A stretch of DNA of 46,777 bases from Saprospiraceae bacterium (lineage in GTDB: Bacteria; Bacteroidota; Bacteroidia; Chitinophagales; Saprospiraceae). The position numbers and the translations under genes are program-made. The notes beneath the pieces are model-generated. The model did not search any database. It was not told where the DNA came from and was given only the letters and a program-made list of their open reading frames with translations. Location of the stretch: positions 1 to 46,777 of the forward strand of contig JAUMBK010000232.1 in NCBI GenBank assembly GCA_032115795.1. Reading direction: 5' to 3'. Shown here one piece after another: positions 45,931 through 46,777 of this stretch (the stretch's first letter is position 1; every line of letters starts with the position of its first letter).

Positions 45931-46761
45931 TTAGAATAAAAGTGCATCTCCTGTCTTGACAAGTCCCTCTTTCAGGCAGACCAAATGGCTGCCAAAACAG
46001 ACACTTTGCTCTTGTTTTCGGTATTTATTGAGGATTTTCAATGGTTCGTTGTCTGTGAGACCCGTTTCCTGGTCTATTGTTATGACGTTGCATCTTCCAC
46101 AGGGTTTGACGTAGCGGAAAGCAGCTTCTCCAATGCTGAAATTTTGCCATTGGTCCTCTTCATGCGCCTGGATGGTTGTCACGACAATGTTGGGGCGAAA
46201 ACGGTTCATGGCAATTTTCTGTGACAATTGGTCATTCAGGTTTTCCAGGCTTTTGGTCCCGGTGAGAAGGTAGGGATAGCTGTCTGCGAGGCTGACGGGT
46301 ACTTCCGATTGCAAGACGGAACTGGGATGTTTTCTTGCCTCTTCGTGGGTCAATTTCACCAGTCTGACGGATTGATGCAGGTGGTCTGAGAACCATTCGC
46401 TGATGATTGGATTTACTTCCCGTGTAAAGGCGGCATCATCCCAAATTTTAGCCACAATCACCGGGCCCACCTCTTCTTTGATATGGAAAACGGCAGAAGA
46501 GAGGGCATGATTCACCTGAATTTCGTTGGAGAGAATATTCAGGTTGAATAAGGCCATACCGGCCCAATTTCTTTGTGTAAGAAAGTGATTTTCCTTGTCA
46601 ATGAGCATCCATCTGCGGTCAAGTGCAAAACCTGCTTTTTGGGCAAGCCATTCGGTTTGATTTACGCCGCCCAGACTTTTTATTGGGTAAATGGTCAGTT
46701 GTGCAACGCGAAAAACACGGGTATTTATGGTTGTTATACGATCAGAAGGAGGCATCATCAC
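45931..46761 (-). CDS. MOSC domain-containing protein (with N-terminal MOSC beta-barrel)
   Basis: LTIYPIKSLGG at the N-terminus, then RFRPNIVV and the conserved Cys in KPCGRCNVITIDQETG. Confidence 0.85.
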   Translation of the reverse strand: MMMPPSDRITTINTRVFRVAQLTIYPIKSLGGVNQTEWLAQKAGFALDRRWMLIDKENHFLTQRNWAGMALFNLNILSNEIQVNHALSSAVFHIKEEVGPVIVAKIWDDAAFTREVNPIISEWFSDHLHQSVRLVKLTHEEARKHPSSVLQSEVPVSLADSYPYLLTGTKSLENLNDQLSQKIAMNRFRPNIVVTTIQAHEEDQWQNFSIGEAAFRYVKPCGRCNVITIDQETGLTDNEPLKILNKYRKQEQSVCFGSHLVCLKEGLVKTGDALLF

Positions 46762-46777
46762 TGGCTATTGCAATAAA

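Noticed and set aside
1-46777. Search by eye for tRNA, rRNA, CRISPR repeats, IS elements, integrases and long direct repeats in all intergenic gaps longer than 100 nt.
   Set aside because: I saw no cloverleaf-like segments, periodic repeats, terminal inverted repeats or transposase or integrase motifs. An eye scan cannot exclude small ncRNAs; a covariance-model scan (Infernal/Rfam, tRNAscan) would be decisive.

Overview
The window is a chromosomal segment from what looks like a Bacteroidota genome. The clues are a T9SS C-terminal sorting domain, several TAnnTTTG -7 boxes and the overall gene content. I call about 46 protein genes. By eye I found no rRNA, tRNA, CRISPR array, IS element or integrase. 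All family assignments come from motif recognition in the supplied translations; no search was run.

The core is a complete, compact 14-gene complex I operon (nuoA-N) on the minus strand, 23098..35917. Housekeeping genes fill the left third: FtsX-type permease, rnhB, acyl-CoA dehydrogenase, M50 protease, SSF symporter plus murQ, an orphan E2 acyltransferase, cinA, trmB, a polyprenyl synthase, and a 1026-aa protealysin-like M4 protease with a T9SS tail.

The nuo operon is flanked on both sides by inorganic-carbon or anion modules:
- Left (18633..22816): small ORF, SulP transporter and Can-type beta-carbonic anhydrase, then a perfect bidirectional terminator and a convergent NhaD-like Na+/H+ antiporter.
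- Right (36159..45790): two tandem DedA genes, then small ORF, SulP and an outer-membrane porin, followed by a DUF2309 (DabA) gene and a NuoL/MrpA-like (DabB) gene 6 nt apart.

The DabA/DabB pair is the most interesting system here. It matches the DAB/MpsAB energy-coupled CO2-hydrating pump described in 2019, which is often annotated only as DUF2309 plus NADH dehydrogenase subunit 5. Here it sits in a non-autotrophic context, with no RuBisCO or carboxysome genes. The four DabA zinc-ligand positions are conserved. The DabB has an unusual insertion of about 170 aa and a Lys-to-Arg change at the TM12 position, judged against the bona fide NuoL in the same window.
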